A DNA stretch of 63,568 bases, the filler included, from Octopus bimaculoides (Eukaryota): NCBI RefSeq assembly GCF_001194135.2. It is 6 parts of 6 records of this genome, joined end to end, with 100 filler letters (N's around TTAATTAATTAA, not from the genome) between each part and the next. Parts side by side here need not be neighbours in the genome. Positions count along the whole stretch, not along the records: positions 62,435 to 63,568 come from NW_026367726.1; 5 more parts are not named here. The stretch is one strand, 5' to 3'. Shown piece after piece: positions 62,781 through 63,568 of the stretch. The number at the start of each line of letters is the position of its first letter. Position 1 is the stretch's first letter. The translations under genes and the position numbers were made by a program. Under the pieces are notes generated by a model. That model worked only from the letters and a program-made list of their open reading frames with translations. It did no database searches and was not told where the DNA came from.

Positions 62781-63568
62781 AATACTAAATATGTATCAAC
62801 AGATTATACATCATGCCGAAAAGATTCCACACATCGTGTTACAAATCATCTGGAGCTTCTTTTGGAGTATTATGGAAACCACCATCTGGTTTTTACTAAC
62901 CATGGTTATGTTGCCTTTCGACCTGCCAGCTCTTGCATAAATTCCTTCGCCAAAGACACTCTCTTTTTTGTCATAAAGCTGTTACGTACTTTGAGCAAGA
63001 TTTGTTGTTTCTTTCTGTAACTAGTCTTGTAATACATACTAACATAGAAGTTGGTAGCAATTCCTTTAATATCTTTCAAGCTTACATTGACTTTGTCGTT
63101 AGTGTTTCTGTTTATATTCCAAGTTTACGTTTTGGATGTGAAGTTGTTGCTGTGTTTGTGAGTTTAACTGTTTGTTCCGTTGCCATGTTTTCTGTTTATC
63201 TTCTAATACATTTATTTTCGCCTCTTCAAAGTTATTTCATTATTGTTTTGGTAGATATGACGTAAAAGCGTAGAACTGTTTTCTAATCTTTCAATAGAAC
63301 TCGCCATATTGGATCGAATGTAACAGCAACGAACTTGTTTAGAAAAATAACATAATAGCTAACAAACTGAATTTTTTTCCTGACCAGATATTGGAATTGA
63401 CGAACAAATGTTCGAAAAGTCGTCTGATTGCGATAAAATAATCCAGTAAAAAGGAAAAAAAAATCATCCAACAAAACTTCGTAAAAGAAATAATAATAGT
63501 AATAATAATAATTATAATGATGACGATGATCATGATGATAATATTAAGAATGATGATGATGATGATGA

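Overview
Eukaryotic, AT-rich, microsatellite-dense genomic DNA with many assembly gaps. The repeat families and microsatellite load suggest an octopod cephalopod; this is an inference from remembered repeat consensi, not a search. The only host gene I can support is the 5' part of a minus-strand gene resembling GTF3C3 (TFIIIC 102-kDa subunit/Tfc4), with three exons at 5689-5899, 3352-3558 and a 29-nt micro-exon at 3194-3222. The gene continues off the left edge. The rest is layered mobile DNA: RTE-clade LINE fragments (one with a PHD-like finger inside the RT), two Penelope-like elements (Neptune-type and Hydra-type), each with an inverted copy of its 3' end, a decayed Helitron helicase plus Helitron 5' ends, R4/Dong fragments at (TAA)n tracts, a CR1/L2 tail, two Tc1/mariner remnants, a TTAA MITE, a long-TIR non-autonomous DNA transposon, many tRNA-derived SINEs, minisatellites and a 58-bp satellite. 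The most notable hand-found signals are several minimal type-I hammerhead ribozyme folds (30776-30831, 52313-52358, 57747-57816), the micro-exon whose acceptor is immediately followed by a consensus donor, and a 174-codon Asn/Thr-rich in-frame insert in the Hydra-type element. There is no CRISPR array, rRNA or true tRNA gene. Most ORFs in the track are microsatellite or N-gap artefacts. All alignments and folds were done by eye.
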